A stretch of 64,000 nucleotides of DNA from Gammaproteobacteria bacterium (lineage in GTDB: Bacteria > Pseudomonadota > Gammaproteobacteria > CAJXQU01). Below the pieces are notes generated by a model, which worked only from the letters and a program-made list of their open reading frames with translations, had not been told where the DNA came from and did not search any database. Numbering within the stretch: position 1 is the first letter of the stretch; each line of letters starts with the position of its first letter. The translations under genes and the position numbers were made by a program. This document shows, in pieces, positions 42,272 through 54,064 of the stretch. The stretch spans positions 416,001 to 480,000 of the forward strand of contig CBDEGZ010000003.1 in the NCBI GenBank assembly GCA_965238175.1, written 5' to 3'.

Positions 42272-43579
42272 TTAAAAATTTTGACCAGAACATTTAAATG
42301 TTTTGACGTTGTAGTTACCGCAAGCAAGCGGTGCACGCCAATCTGAAATAATGTCTTTAGATCCTTCTAAGTAGTCGGACCAGGCATCGCCGACAACTAA
42401 ACCAGATGTTTCCCATACCGTACCAAACTGGCCATCATCTTGAATCTCACCAATAAGCACCGGTTTTGTTATATGATGGTTTGGCATCATCGCTGAGTAA
42501 CCACCTGTCAGGTTAGGTACAGAAACACCAATAATCGCCTCCTGCACGGCAGTGGGATCTGTTGTGCCTGCTTTTTCGACTGCTTTAACCCACATATTGA
42601 AACCTATGTAATGGGCTTCCATCGGGTCATTGGTGACACGATTTTCATCTTTAGTGTAATTATGCCAGGCAGAAATAAATTCAGAATTACTGTCCGCTTC
42701 TACACTCATAAAATAGTTCCAGGCAGCAAGGTGACCGACCAGAGGTTTGGTATCCATGCCTGACAACTCTTCCTCACCAACCGAGAAAGCAACAACAGGA
42801 ATGTCTTCAGCAGAAATACCTTGATTCGCTAATTCTTTATAGAAAGGAACGTTAGCATCACCATTGATGGTTGAAATGACCGCTGTTTTTTTGCCTGCAG
42901 AACCAAACTTTTTAACATCCGACACAATGGACTGCCAATCAGAATGACCAAACGGTGTGTAATTGATCATAATATCTTCAGCTGCGATGCCTTTTGATTT
43001 CAAATAAGCTTCAAGAATTTTATTGGTTGTGCGAGGGTATACATAGTCTGTCCCTGCCAACACCCAGCGTTCCACCTCAAGGTCATCCATCAAATAATCA
43101 ACAGCTGGTATCGCTTGTTGATTTGGTGCAGCACCCGTGTAGAAGACATTTTTAGAGGATTCTTCACCTTCATATTGCACAGGGTAAAATAGGAGACTGT
43201 TAGCTTCTTCAAAGACAGGCAATACTGATTTACGTGATACCGATGTCCAGCAACCAAAGACCGCTGACACCTTCTTTTTATCGACTAACTCTTTCGCCTT
43301 TTCAGCAAATAATGGCCAGTTTGAAGCCGGATCAACGACAACCGCCTCAAGTTGTTGACCCAACACGCCGCCTTTTTTATTTTGCTCTTCGATCAGCATC
43401 AACATTGTATCTTTTAATGTTGTCTCACTGATCGCCATCGTGCCTGATAACGAATGTAATACACCGACTTTTATTGTGTCATCAGCGGCATAGAGTGAGC
43501 CAGACATAGTGCTTATTAGTAGACTGCCTGATACGAGTGACGTGACTAAACTACGTTTAAAATTTTGTTTATTACTCAT
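42272..43579 (-). CDS. urtA: Urea ABC transporter substrate-binding protein UrtA
   Basis: IKVGVLHSLSGTMAISE, GCWTSVSRK, YPVQYEG, GTDYVYPRT. Confidence 0.95.
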   Translation of the reverse strand: MSNKQNFKRSLVTSLVSGSLLISTMSGSLYAADDTIKVGVLHSLSGTMAISETTLKDTMLMLIEEQNKKGGVLGQQLEAVVVDPASNWPLFAEKAKELVDKKKVSAVFGCWTSVSRKSVLPVFEEANSLLFYPVQYEGEESSKNVFYTGAAPNQQAIPAVDYLMDDLEVERWVLAGTDYVYPRTTNKILEAYLKSKGIAAEDIMINYTPFGHSDWQSIVSDVKKFGSAGKKTAVISTINGDANVPFYKELANQGISAEDIPVVAFSVGEEELSGMDTKPLVGHLAAWNYFMSVEADSNSEFISAWHNYTKDENRVTNDPMEAHYIGFNMWVKAVEKAGTTDPTAVQEAIIGVSVPNLTGGYSAMMPNHHITKPVLIGEIQDDGQFGTVWETSGLVVGDAWSDYLEGSKDIISDWRAPLACGNYNVKTFKCSGQNF

Positions 43580-43615
43580 GGTTCATTTCTCCAGAATGTT
43601 TAAAGGTTGGGGATA

Positions 43616-44764
43616 TTAGTATTGGTACTGAAGCCCGACTTTGAAGGTATCAAGGTCTTTACCACCGCTTGATGCTATGTCACCAGTTTGGTACATGACG
43701 GAGATCCGTGCGTTGTGGCCGTCGATGATGTAGTTAAAGCCAATATCGAGCTCATCACTGTCTGCCCCCGCATCTGGGCTTATATCAGTAAAGCGAACAT
43801 AAGGCTGAAATTTACCGATACCGACTTCAATTGGGATTAAGTAGAGTGCCGTAGCTGTCCAGGCATCGCCTTCAAACAGACCAATTCCGCCGGCCTTGCT
43901 ATCAGTATCAAAATTTTTATATTCCGCTTCGACTGTTACAACACCCTCATTTTCAAGTACGGTTTCGTACAAAGCATCAATGCTATAACCTTTAAAATCA
44001 CCCGGATCCACAGCTGTGCCGGTACCATCTTCTTGATATTGCATTGCTAAACCGACAGTAAAAATGTCGCTTTCATTACCGTAATAAGTACTACTGGTGT
44101 AATACCCTGGGTTCTTTTCAACGTTTAAGAAGTTGTAACTTAAACGAGCACCATATAAAAAGTTGTCATCTTCATTCGATATACCTTCCAAACCTTCGAA
44201 AACGCCTAGCGCGTAAGTGAATTTGCCCTTGCTTCCCAAAGCACCCCAGACGGTGATGCCATCATCACGACCATATACACCCGCACCACCATCATTGTGG
44301 GTTACACTTTGATCTGACGGGTAAAAGGGTGTTTTATTGAAGTCGTAAGTATTCGCGAAAAACGGACCACTCATTTCAGCGCGATCTGATGGTACTAACA
44401 TTCGCCCGGCCCAGACATTGAACGTTGGGCCAAATTCAAATTTGGCTATTGCATCTAGTACATCATAATCTTCTAAATCACTATTACCGCAAAATACACA
44501 TTCGGTGTTTAGTTCGAACTTAATGTTTTTGTGAATTTGGCCATTGAGATAAATACGCGCGCTATCCAAGTTGAAGTCTTTTGATCGACTGTCGCCACTA
44601 GGTGCTGCATCTTCAATGCTGGAGTAACTAGCCCTGACACCAACACCGATGCTCAACCATTTTGTTTCGTCGAATTCTATTTTTGCACCTGCTAGGGCAG
44701 AATTCGCTACTAACTGTGCGACGATCAACCCTGTCATACGCGCCCCCATTCCTAGATGTTTCAT
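43616..44764 (-). CDS. Outer-membrane porin (short-chain amide/urea porin-like)
   Basis: GAGGAG SD plus ATG 44764; signal peptide; beta-barrel C-terminus VGLQYQY; first gene of the urea operon. Confidence 0.75.
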   Translation of the reverse strand: MKHLGMGARMTGLIVAQLVANSALAGAKIEFDETKWLSIGVGVRASYSSIEDAAPSGDSRSKDFNLDSARIYLNGQIHKNIKFELNTECVFCGNSDLEDYDVLDAIAKFEFGPTFNVWAGRMLVPSDRAEMSGPFFANTYDFNKTPFYPSDQSVTHNDGGAGVYGRDDGITVWGALGSKGKFTYALGVFEGLEGISNEDDNFLYGARLSYNFLNVEKNPGYYTSSTYYGNESDIFTVGLAMQYQEDGTGTAVDPGDFKGYSIDALYETVLENEGVVTVEAEYKNFDTDSKAGGIGLFEGDAWTATALYLIPIEVGIGKFQPYVRFTDISPDAGADSDELDIGFNYIIDGHNARISVMYQTGDIASSGGKDLDTFKVGLQYQY

Positions 44765-44817
44765 AATGTGCTCCTCATTATTTATAAGCAGTTCATAAGT
44801 GAACTTGAACCACATAG

Positions 44818-44833
44818 AGCAACAGCCGTGCCA
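44818..44833 (-). promoter_or_regulatory. Sigma54 promoter of the urea operon
   Basis: Minus strand TGGCACGGCTGTTGCT, GG-N10-GC. Confidence 0.88.
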
Positions 44834-44883
44834 CTTTGTAAGCAATTGATATATAAATAAATATGTATATTTGATTTTTTAAA

Positions 44884-44932
44884 TGCACGTTTGTAGTGCG
44901 TGGCATGGGGTTTTTTGCACCTGAAAAGAGCA
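44884..44932. promoter_or_regulatory. Tandem NtrC-type enhancer sites
   Basis: TGCAC-N7-GTGCG (44884-900) and TGCAC-N7-GAGCA (44916-932), 32 bp apart. Confidence 0.75.
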
Positions 44933-45164
44933 ACAATAAACCTGCAAAAGTTAAGTTAAATGTTATAAAAAAGTATCAAAACCCTGTAAATCTAGTTTGC
45001 TGAAGAAAATGAATTTTGGTTTGTTAACTGAGTGGTTGCATAAAGGCTAGTTGCGAAAAGAGAGGGAGCGATCCATGCTTGGATAATGTACGTCTATGCC
45101 TAAGAGCCGTTGTCTCGCTATCAGATTAACTGAAGTCAAAAAGGGATATGTAGAGGTTAAACGG

Positions 45165-46235
45165 TTAGCTTCTGATCAACCGTCTCATTAGAAAAAAACC
45201 AATAAACAAGGTAATAAAAGCCGGTGTTGCAACAGCCAACAGCGGTGGGAGTTTATAGACAATTCCAACGTTGCCCATGCCTTGATTGATGATATGAAAA
45301 ACCAGGCCAATCACAACACCAATAAAAATGCGTTGTCCGATATTTTGACTTTGTGAAGCGCCGAGTACGATAGGTATAGCGAGAAAGATCATCACACCTG
45401 TTGATAGCGGATAAATGATTTTGCTCCAGAAGGCTTGTCGATAGGTTTGTGAGTTACGGTTATTTTCTTTTAAGTAACTCGTATAATTAATCAGATCAAA
45501 CACCGATAAATTTTCTGGTTTAATTGAAACTAGGCTGATCAATTCTGGTCGTAAAAGTGAATTCCAGTTTGCATCCACTTCTGTATCTCGAGTGACTAGA
45601 CTTTCAGAAATATGAGTTTGGGTAACATTTTTTAGCTGCCACTTGTCGTTTTGATAGACGGCAGTTTCAGCATGACTGCTTGTGATTAGGCGATTATCCT
45701 CATCAAAATTATAAATATAAATATCTTTGATGATATTGCCGGATAGGATCGTTCTTACATTAAGGTAGCTTTTTCCTTCTCGTATCCAAAGACCGTTGCG
45801 TGTTTTTAAACTGATCTGATCATTGATGGCGACGGAACGAATGTAATTTGCGTATTGCTCAGTCACCGGTACGATAAATTCGCCGAGGATCATCGCGATG
45901 ATGATAATTACGGCACCGGCTTTCATAACCGACAAAACAATACGTTGAAATGAAATACCTGCATTTCGCATTATCACGATTTCATTTTGCGACATTAATG
46001 TGCCGAGGCCGACCAGACTACCAATCAAACCAGCGAGTGGAAATAAGGTATACGTCAGTGACGGAATTTTTAATAAGACAAATTTTATCGCATCGAATAA
46101 GCGATAACTGCCCTGACCTAATTCACTTAGTTCGTCTACGAATTCAAAAAAGGCGAACAAGCCAATTAACACGACTAACACGATAAAGATGCTACCCAGC
46201 AAGGTTTGTCTAATATGTCTATCCAGAATTTTCAT
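45165..46235 (-). CDS. lptG: LPS export permease LptG
   Basis: MKILDRHI, NEIVIMRNAGIS, FWSKIIYP; paired with lptF. Confidence 0.92.
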   Translation of the reverse strand: MKILDRHIRQTLLGSIFIVLVVLIGLFAFFEFVDELSELGQGSYRLFDAIKFVLLKIPSLTYTLFPLAGLIGSLVGLGTLMSQNEIVIMRNAGISFQRIVLSVMKAGAVIIIIAMILGEFIVPVTEQYANYIRSVAINDQISLKTRNGLWIREGKSYLNVRTILSGNIIKDIYIYNFDEDNRLITSSHAETAVYQNDKWQLKNVTQTHISESLVTRDTEVDANWNSLLRPELISLVSIKPENLSVFDLINYTSYLKENNRNSQTYRQAFWSKIIYPLSTGVMIFLAIPIVLGASQSQNIGQRIFIGVVIGLVFHIINQGMGNVGIVYKLPPLLAVATPAFITLFIGFFLMRRLIRS

Positions 46236-47344
46236 TCAGAATTAACCGGCAAATTTTTGATCTTGCGGCGACGGGAATAATTGGGAAAATAGACAATTAA
46301 AAAAATGCAGATCAGCATTAAAAAATGTGGCCACCATAAACCCGGAAACGCTGGGAACAAGTCGCGTTTAACCATGTCGTGAGAAATATTAAGAAGATTG
46401 TTGTAAATAAAAAAGATCAAAATAGCGAAAAAGAATAGAAAAGAGTTTTTGATATCTTTTGAAGAACGGACTGCGATAACTGCAAAAGCAGATAAAAGCA
46501 TTAAGAAAATAGGTGTTGCAAGACGCCATTGTAATTCGTTTTGTGGCATTTTATTTTCTGGGGAGCTGCGCATAATCTGTAAAAGTTCTTTACTTGAAAA
46601 ACGCGATGCAGGTCTTGCTGTGGTGTTGTAACCAGACTGTTCCATTTTTACAGAATATCGTTGGAATTTAGTAATTGAATAATCCAGCTGATCAGGTGTT
46701 CCGATATAGCGCTTACCATCATGAAAAATTACAGAACGCTCACCATTTTTTTCGTTGGTATGAATACTTGCAGAGTCAGAAGTCAGGACGCCGGTTTTAC
46801 CCCTTTCTTTTACCTGTAGAAATACGTTTGCCATATCACTCGTTTTTTCATCAAAACCTTCTGCGTATAAAACGCGATCACCACTGCTGAACTCCTTAAA
46901 ACTACCAGCCGTAATCCCAGTGATATCTGATTCGCGATTGGCTTTTTGTTTGAGCACATCAATATTTTGCTCTGCCCAGGGCATTACTAGTAAGGTCAGC
47001 AAAAGTAACAACAAAGAAAACACAGCAGATAGTTTTAAAATAGTGGAAAAATAAAATCGATTGCCAAGGCCGGTTGAGGCGATTGATGTCAACTCGTTAT
47101 CTCGTTGAAAACGACCTAGCGCCATAAATAAGGAAAGATAAAGACAAAGAGGAATTATTAATGTCATGGATGTGATCAATTTCAAAACCAATATCTGATA
47201 AATTATCTCTGCTGTCATTTTTCCTGCGGCAACATCGCCGAGATAACGTACAAAACGAAGGCTGAATACGATCAAAACTAGCACCAGAAAAATCGCGAAA
47301 AAATTCTGTAAGATTTCTTTATGAAGGTAACGTTTTAAAATCAA
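46232..47344 (-). CDS. lptF: LPS export permease LptF
   Basis: ILKRYL, GRFQRDNEL, ELQWRL; divergent from pepA. Confidence 0.92.
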   Translation of the reverse strand: MILKRYLHKEILQNFFAIFLVLVLIVFSLRFVRYLGDVAAGKMTAEIIYQILVLKLITSMTLIIPLCLYLSLFMALGRFQRDNELTSIASTGLGNRFYFSTILKLSAVFSLLLLLLTLLVMPWAEQNIDVLKQKANRESDITGITAGSFKEFSSGDRVLYAEGFDEKTSDMANVFLQVKERGKTGVLTSDSASIHTNEKNGERSVIFHDGKRYIGTPDQLDYSITKFQRYSVKMEQSGYNTTARPASRFSSKELLQIMRSSPENKMPQNELQWRLATPIFLMLLSAFAVIAVRSSKDIKNSFLFFFAILIFFIYNNLLNISHDMVKRDLFPAFPGLWWPHFLMLICIFLIVYFPNYSRRRKIKNLPVNSE

Positions 47345-47505
47345 AATAAATTATTTGCCGCATTCTGCACAAAAACAGATCAAAACCGACGATAAAGATT
47401 AGCAAGACCGCTGGTCAGTCCATCGTTAAACTAATAAAATCACCGCAGTAACTAATCATAACTACCATGACAATCGTGCTAGTGTAAACGAACTGGGGAA
47501 CACAT

Positions 47506-48999
47506 ATGAAATTTGACGTAAAAAGACTCAATCCAAAAACATTTAGCACAGCATGTATTATCGCAGGGGTGCATACCGATGGCCATTTATCATCCACTGC
47601 AAAACTTATTGATCAAGTAAGTGGTGGTGCAATTTCTGAGATACTCAAATCGGGTGATCTTACTGGTAAGATAGGACAAATCCTGATTCAGCATAAAATT
47701 ACAGGTCTCAAGGCAGAGCGCGTTTTATTGGTTGGTTGTGGTGAACAAGGCAAATTAGACACTGCCGGATTTTTTAAAGTTCTTAATGGTGCATACGCAG
47801 CACTGAAAAAAACCAAATCAAAATCAGTTGCTTGCTGCTTATCTGAGGTTTCAGTAGAAGATCGTGATTATGCATGGCGAGTACGTCAATCTGTCAGGCT
47901 GATTGGAGAACAATTTTATAAATGTGATCAGCTCAAAAGTGGTAAAAAAACAAAACCATTGCTAACAAGTATAACCATTGCTGCTGGCATTCGATCAGAA
48001 GTGACGGCAGGTACGCAAGCCGCCAAACAAGGTAAAGCAATTATAAACGGCATGCAGATCAGTCGTGATCTAGCTAACCTGCCGGGTAATTACTGCACAC
48101 CGACTTATATTGCAGAACAAGGTAAGGCCTTGTCGAAAAAGCATAAATCTATCAAAGCGACGGTTCTTACCGAGAAGCAGATGGAAAAACTCGGTATGGG
48201 TTCATTATTGTCGGTTTCACACGGCAGTGCGGAGCCGGCTAAATTGTTGGTGTTGAAATACGAAGGTTTAGCAAAATCGGTAAAAAATCAAAAACCGTAC
48301 GTATTGGTTGGAAAAGGTGTCACCTTTGATACCGGTGGTATTTCGCTCAAACCGGGTGGCGGCATGGATGAAATGAAGTATGACATGTGTGGCGCTGCGA
48401 GTGTGATCGGGACGATTGCTGCGGTTGCTGAAATGCAATTACCCATTAACCTGAATGTGATTGTGCCGACAGTCGAAAATATGCCAGGCAGTAAAGCGAC
48501 AAAACCGGGCGATATTGTCACTAGTATGTCTGGTCAGACCATTGAAGTACTTAATACGGATGCTGAGGGAAGACTAATTTTGTGTGATGCACTAACCTAC
48601 GCAGAACGATTTAAACCTGCAGCGGTTATTGATGTTGCCACTTTAACCGGTGCTTGTCTTGTTGCACTTGGAAAAGTGCCTGCCGGGTTGATGAGTAATA
48701 ATGATGGGTTGGCCAATGATATAATAGAAGCTGGGAAAACCAGTTATGATCGTGCTTGGAGAATGCCGCTTTGGGATGATTACCAATCTTTATTGGACAG
48801 TAACTTTGCCGACATCGCAAATATCGGTGGACGGGATGGCGGCATGATAACTGCCGGTTGCTTCCTTTCACGATTTACAAAAAAGTATGCTTGGGCACAT
48901 CTTGATATTGCCGGGGTCGCCTGGCATTCAGGAAAAAACAAGGGCGCGACTGGCCGACCAGTCTCACTACTTGTGCAGTATTTAATGGACAAGTGCTAG
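47506..48999 (+). CDS. pepA: Leucyl aminopeptidase
   Basis: VGKGVTFDTGGISLK, MKYDMCG, NTDAEGRL. Confidence 0.97.
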   Translation: MKFDVKRLNPKTFSTACIIAGVHTDGHLSSTAKLIDQVSGGAISEILKSGDLTGKIGQILIQHKITGLKAERVLLVGCGEQGKLDTAGFFKVLNGAYAALKKTKSKSVACCLSEVSVEDRDYAWRVRQSVRLIGEQFYKCDQLKSGKKTKPLLTSITIAAGIRSEVTAGTQAAKQGKAIINGMQISRDLANLPGNYCTPTYIAEQGKALSKKHKSIKATVLTEKQMEKLGMGSLLSVSHGSAEPAKLLVLKYEGLAKSVKNQKPYVLVGKGVTFDTGGISLKPGGGMDEMKYDMCGAASVIGTIAAVAEMQLPINLNVIVPTVENMPGSKATKPGDIVTSMSGQTIEVLNTDAEGRLILCDALTYAERFKPAAVIDVATLTGACLVALGKVPAGLMSNNDGLANDIIEAGKTSYDRAWRMPLWDDYQSLLDSNFADIANIGGRDGGMITAGCFLSRFTKKYAWAHLDIAGVAWHSGKNKGATGRPVSLLVQYLMDKC

Positions 49000-49161
49000 G
49001 AGATCTCTGATGTATTATGAACGGTCTTGTGAGTCTAAAATATATAATTTCAGTGTTACGAAATTGAACAATAGAGCCACTATTGTTTGCGTTTCGTGCC
49101 TTGATATTGAATATTTTGAATCCCAACTCACCTCGTCCAAAATTAATCAGGGGTTCCCTAG

Positions 49162-49593
49162 GTGACGCGGGTTGATTTTTATATTCTATCCGAGCAAGCG
49201 AATAGAACAGCTGATCAAATTTTGTGTTCTATAGCAGGTAAAGCCTGGAAGCAAGGTAGCGGTGTTTATATTCATACGGATTCTGCTGATCATTCGAGCC
49301 GGATAGATAATTTTTTGTGGACGTTCAAAGATACGAGTTTTTTACCACATGGGTTAATTGATCAAACCAATAGTGAAAAAACACCGATTTTGATCGGTCA
49401 TCAGGATCCACCAAAAGATCTGCATGATGTTATTATTAATGTGACGCAGGATGTTCCTCTATTTTTTGGCCGGTTTGATCGTTTGATTGAAATTGTTGAT
49501 CAGAATTCAGAAGGCCGTAATCAAGCAAGAGAAAGATACCGATTTTATCAGGAACGTGGTTATACACTAAACACCCATAACTTGGACTCATAG
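49162..49593 (+). CDS. holC: DNA polymerase III subunit chi
   Basis: [28 protein letters not shown]. Confidence 0.93.
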   Translation: MTRVDFYILSEQANRTADQILCSIAGKAWKQGSGVYIHTDSADHSSRIDNFLWTFKDTSFLPHGLIDQTNSEKTPILIGHQDPPKDLHDVIINVTQDVPLFFGRFDRLIEIVDQNSEGRNQARERYRFYQERGYTLNTHNLDS

Positions 49594-49594
49594 C

Positions 49595-52500
49595 GTGGCT
49601 GGAGACAATAACAATAATAATAATGCTTCTTTGGGAAATGCGATTAAAACGCTAGAGGATCTGCTCGGCAAAAACCGGGAATTGCTCGACCGAATTGAGA
49701 CCGGAAAAAGTAATGATCCATCACTCAATGACGAGCGAACACCAGAAGAGGTTTTACGTGATCTTCCAACGCTTATCGATGTTGTTGAACCAAAACCATC
49801 AGATGTACTGTCAGATACTCAGCCTTCGATTTTGCACTTAGATGAAAAGTTATCGCAAGGTATAGATGATATTCTTTCACCAAACTTGGAAGATTTGATC
49901 TATACCGAGATCCATAAGGCAACAAGCAATGTTCAAAATGCCATTCTTAAAGAAGTTAACACCCAGCTTGAATTAACCCTGCAAACTTTGAATCAAGTAC
50001 AGGGTTTGAAACCTAGGGATAATGAAGACAAACAAGAGCAGGAACAAGCTCTGGATGCAACAGAAGAGAAAACACAAGAAGAAATAACAGAACCTCTAGT
50101 GGATTTAATGGCAGAAACTTTACCAGAAGAGATGCCAGAACAAGACTTTTCTGAAGAGTCACATCATGAATCAAAAGTACAATCACCACTTGATCCCGAA
50201 CCACAAGATGAAATACAACCAGAACAAATAGAAGAAAACGGGGATCAATCTAAGCTTGATCAAGATCTGCTTCCAGAAGAAAACCAGAAAAAATTTATTT
50301 ATACAGAAAGAAAAGAAGCCGTTGCTGCGATGCTCAGTGCAATGTCGACCAGCTCATCAGTTAATGAAAACATCAATCAGGCCCAACAGGAACAACAACA
50401 AGAAATGTCGCTTACAGAACCAAAAAACGATCCAGAAATGAAAAGCCCAGAATCGACAGAACCAGAAAGCGGAATGGAAAAAACCTACGATCCACATGCG
50501 ATTGAACAACGGTGGTACAACCAATGGGAAGAAAAAGACTACTTTAAACCGACAGGTGAAGGTGAGCCCTACTCCATCATGCTGCCACCGCCAAATGTGA
50601 CGGGCAGTTTGCATATGGGGCATGCGTTTCAAGATACCTTGATGGATATTTTGATCCGCTATCATCGGATGAAGGGTGATAATACCTTGTGGCAATGCGG
50701 AACCGATCACGCAGGTATTGCGACACAAATGGTAGTTGAAAGACAGTTGGCCGAAAAAGATCAGAGTCGTCACGATTTAGGCCGAGACACCTTTGTCGAT
50801 AAAATTTGGGATTGGAAAAAAGAATCCGGTGGTAATATTACTCGTCAATTACGACGCATGGGTACTTCCATGGATTGGAGTCGTGAACGTTTTACGATGG
50901 ATGAAGGATTATCCAAAGCGGTCGGTGAAGTTTTTATTAGTCTCTATGAAGAAGGGTTGATCTATCGAGGTAAAAGATTAGTCAATTGGGATCCAGTTTT
51001 ACATACGGCAATTTCTGATCTAGAAGTTGTTTCCGAAGAGGAAAATGGTCATCTCTGGCATATCAAATATCCATTGGTGCAAAAGATTGGTGAGGATGCT
51101 GAACAAGAGTTTATGGTTGTCGCCACCACCCGTCCGGAAACCATGTTGGGCGATGCAGCGGTAGCGGTTAATCCTGAAGATGAGCGATACAAACATTTGG
51201 TTGGCTCACGGATCAAATTGCCACTCACTAATAGAACCATCCCGGTGATTGCTGATGATTATGTCGATCCAGAATTTGGTTCTGGTTGCGTCAAGATCAC
51301 TCCAGCACATGATTTCAATGATTACGAAGTGGGTAAACGCCACGATCTTCCTGAGATGAATGTCTTTACCGATGATGCGGCCTTAAATGACGAATGCCCA
51401 ATGGCATATCAGGGAATGGATCGCTATGAAGCGCGTAAAAAAATCGTTGAAGATTTAAAAGCACAAGGCCTGATCGAAAAGATAGAAGATCATAAACATA
51501 TGGTTCCACGAGGCGATCGATCTCAGGCGGTAGTTGAGCCTTATCTGACCGATCAGTGGTATGTCAAAGTTGAACCTCTGGCTAAACCTGCCATCGAAGC
51601 GGTCGAAAATGGCGATATCAATTTTGTTCCAGAAAACTGGTCAAAGACCTATTTTGAATGGATGCGCAATATTGAAGATTGGTGTATTTCGCGACAATTA
51701 TGGTGGGGTCACCGGATCCCTGCCTGGCATGATCAAAACACCGGTGATATTTATGTTGGTATTACGGAAGAAGAAGTACGCGAAAAACATAATCTCGGCA
51801 TCGATGTTATTTTGAGACAAGATCCCGACGTATTAGATACCTGGTTTTCGTCCGCATTGTGGCCCTTTTCAACCTTAGGCTGGCCGGAACAAACTGAAGA
51901 GCTAAAAACATTTTATCCAACCAGTGTTTTAGTGACGGGTTTCGATATTATCTTTTTCTGGGTCGCCAGAATGATCATGATGGGTTTGAAATTTACCGGA
52001 GAAGTGCCGTTTAAAGAAATTTATATTCATGGTTTGGTGCGTGACTCTGATGGTCAGAAAATGTCCAAGTCAAAAGGCAATGTCTTAGATCCGATCGATT
52101 TGATCGATGGAATTGATCTGGAATCGCTTGTGGCCAAACGAACTACCGGCTTGATGAAACCGCAAGATGCGCCAAAGATCGAAAAATCGACTCGAAAACA
52201 TTTTCCTGATGGCATATCGAGTTATGGAACAGATGCACTGAGATTCACTTTTGCATCACAAGCAACTCTCGGACGTGATATTCGTTTCGATCTTGGCCGC
52301 ATAGATGGGTATCGAAATTTCTGCAATAAAATTTGGAATGCCACTCGGTATGTGATGATGACCCTTGAAGATCATAAAATTGATCAGACAGCTAAGACCG
52401 AATTTGGTGTTGCAGAACGCTGGATCAATTCTCGTTTTCAGCAAACGATAGATGAAGTCAGCCAATATGTAGAAGTTTATCGTTTTGATCTGGCGGCAAA

Positions 52501-53257
52501 AGCGGTTTATGAATTTACCTGGGATGAATACTGTGACTGGTATTTAGAGCTGTCAAAAGCAACCTTAAATTCTCCACGCGCCAGGGAAGAAGCAAAAAAT
52601 GGAACTCGCCAGACATTAATAGGTATTCTTGAACAGTTATTGCGTTTAGCGCATCCATTTATGCCTTTCATAACCGAAGAATTATGGCAGCGCGTTTCTG
52701 GAAAAGAAGGTGATGAAGCTTCAATAATGACGCAGTCTTATCCGAAATTTGATCAAGAATTGATCGATGAAGATGTCCTAAAAGAAGTTAGCTGGTTAAA
52801 AGAGTTTGTATTGGGTGTGCGTCGAGTTCGTGCAGAAATGGATATTTCACCCGGCAAAAAACTACGTGTGGTTGTTGATGGCGGTGACGAAAACGAGCAA
52901 GAGTGGCTCCGTCAAAATGTGCGTTACCTGGTTGCCATGGCAAAGCTCGAATCTGTTGGCGTTTTGCGTAGTGGAGTTGCACCGGAGTCGGCGACGGCGT
53001 TGGCTGGCAACATGACGATGTTGATTCCTTTGGAAGATATTATTGATCCGGTGGCTGAACAAGAACGACTAACAAAGGAACTGGATAAACTCGATAAAGA
53101 AAGTGAGATTGCTGCTAAAAAATTGGATAATCCTCAGTTCGTTGAGCGCGCGCCAGCTGAAGTGGTTCAAAAGGCTCAAGAACGCCTGGATGAAATACAG
53201 GCAGCTAGAGTCAAACTAGGTGAGCAATTAGCACGAATTGAAGGAATGAGTAGATAA
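49595..53257 (+). CDS. valS: Valine-tRNA ligase with in-frame 293-aa acidic N-terminal extension
   Basis: [18 protein letters not shown]; the canonical N-terminus MEKTYDP begins only at 50474. Confidence 0.93.
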   Translation: MAGDNNNNNNASLGNAIKTLEDLLGKNRELLDRIETGKSNDPSLNDERTPEEVLRDLPTLIDVVEPKPSDVLSDTQPSILHLDEKLSQGIDDILSPNLEDLIYTEIHKATSNVQNAILKEVNTQLELTLQTLNQVQGLKPRDNEDKQEQEQALDATEEKTQEEITEPLVDLMAETLPEEMPEQDFSEESHHESKVQSPLDPEPQDEIQPEQIEENGDQSKLDQDLLPEENQKKFIYTERKEAVAAMLSAMSTSSSVNENINQAQQEQQQEMSLTEPKNDPEMKSPESTEPESGMEKTYDPHAIEQRWYNQWEEKDYFKPTGEGEPYSIMLPPPNVTGSLHMGHAFQDTLMDILIRYHRMKGDNTLWQCGTDHAGIATQMVVERQLAEKDQSRHDLGRDTFVDKIWDWKKESGGNITRQLRRMGTSMDWSRERFTMDEGLSKAVGEVFISLYEEGLIYRGKRLVNWDPVLHTAISDLEVVSEEENGHLWHIKYPLVQKIGEDAEQEFMVVATTRPETMLGDAAVAVNPEDERYKHLVGSRIKLPLTNRTIPVIADDYVDPEFGSGCVKITPAHDFNDYEVGKRHDLPEMNVFTDDAALNDECPMAYQGMDRYEARKKIVEDLKAQGLIEKIEDHKHMVPRGDRSQAVVEPYLTDQWYVKVEPLAKPAIEAVENGDINFVPENWSKTYFEWMRNIEDWCISRQLWWGHRIPAWHDQNTGDIYVGITEEEVREKHNLGIDVILRQDPDVLDTWFSSALWPFSTLGWPEQTEELKTFYPTSVLVTGFDIIFFWVARMIMMGLKFTGEVPFKEIYIHGLVRDSDGQKMSKSKGNVLDPIDLIDGIDLESLVAKRTTGLMKPQDAPKIEKSTRKHFPDGISSYGTDALRFTFASQATLGRDIRFDLGRIDGYRNFCNKIWNATRYVMMTLEDHKIDQTAKTEFGVAERWINSRFQQTIDEVSQYVEVYRFDLAAKAVYEFTWDEYCDWYLELSKATLNSPRAREEAKNGTRQTLIGILEQLLRLAHPFMPFITEELWQRVSGKEGDEASIMTQSYPKFDQELIDEDVLKEVSWLKEFVLGVRRVRAEMDISPGKKLRVVVDGGDENEQEWLRQNVRYLVAMAKLESVGVLRSGVAPESATALAGNMTMLIPLEDIIDPVAEQERLTKELDKLDKESEIAAKKLDNPQFVERAPAEVVQKAQERLDEIQAARVKLGEQLARIEGMSR

Positions 53258-53997
53258 TGTTTGACCATTTTCGAGAAGATATTGCCTGTGTTTTCGATCG
53301 AGATCCGGCAGCAAAGAGTACTTTTGAGGTGATCACAACCTATCCGGGTTTGCATGCCGTAATGGTGCATCGGTTAAGCCATAAGTTGTGGCAAAAAAAA
53401 CTTTACTGGTTAGCTCGAATGGTGTCACATATTGCTCGTTGGCTTACCGGAATTGAAATTCATCCGGGAGCGATTATTGGCCGACGATTTTTTATTGATC
53501 ACGGCATGGGTGTCGTGATCGGCGAAACCGCAGATATTGGTGATGATTGCACCCTTTACCACGGAGTGACCTTAGGTGGTACAACCTGGAATAAAGGTAA
53601 GCGACATCCAACGTTAAAAAATGGTGTTGTTATTGGTGCTGGTGCAAAAGTGTTAGGGCCAATCACCTTACATGAAGATTCTAGAATTGGTTCAAACTCA
53701 GTTGTCGTAAGGGATGTGCCAGAAGGTGCCACGGTCGTTGGAGTTCCGGGGCAACTGGTGGTGCCGAAAGAACAACAAGAACAACGTGAAGAATTGGCCG
53801 AAAAAATTGGTTTTGATGCTTATGGCTCCCCTCAAGATATGCCGGATCCCGTTGCAAATGCATTAGGAGGTATGTTGGATCATATTCAAAACCTGGAAAA
53901 AGAAATCAAAGACATGCGTGATAATCTCCATAATGAAGGAAGTGCAGATGCCTGGCAGGTGGGGAAATCGCGCGATCAAAAAAGGAACCAGTCATAA
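53257..53997 (+). CDS. cysE: Serine O-acetyltransferase
   Basis: [32 protein letters not shown]. Confidence 0.95.
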   Translation: MFDHFREDIACVFDRDPAAKSTFEVITTYPGLHAVMVHRLSHKLWQKKLYWLARMVSHIARWLTGIEIHPGAIIGRRFFIDHGMGVVIGETADIGDDCTLYHGVTLGGTTWNKGKRHPTLKNGVVIGAGAKVLGPITLHEDSRIGSNSVVVRDVPEGATVVGVPGQLVVPKEQQEQREELAEKIGFDAYGSPQDMPDPVANALGGMLDHIQNLEKEIKDMRDNLHNEGSADAWQVGKSRDQKRNQS

Positions 53998-54003
53998 GCG
54001 TAT

Positions 54004-54060
54004 ATACTTGAGTATTTTACTCGGGTATGAGATAGTTACTTGACTATTTTACTGGGTTAA
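54004..54060. promoter_or_regulatory. Two IscR type-1 operators
   Basis: ATACTTGAGTATTTTACTCGGGTAT (54004-28) and TTACTTGACTATTTTACTGGGTTAA (54036-60). Confidence 0.8.
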
Positions 54061-54064
54061 CTGC

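Noticed and set aside
44765-44845. Upstream extension of the porin ORF
   Set aside because: It overlaps the sigma54 promoter; the true start is ATG 44764 with GAGGAG.
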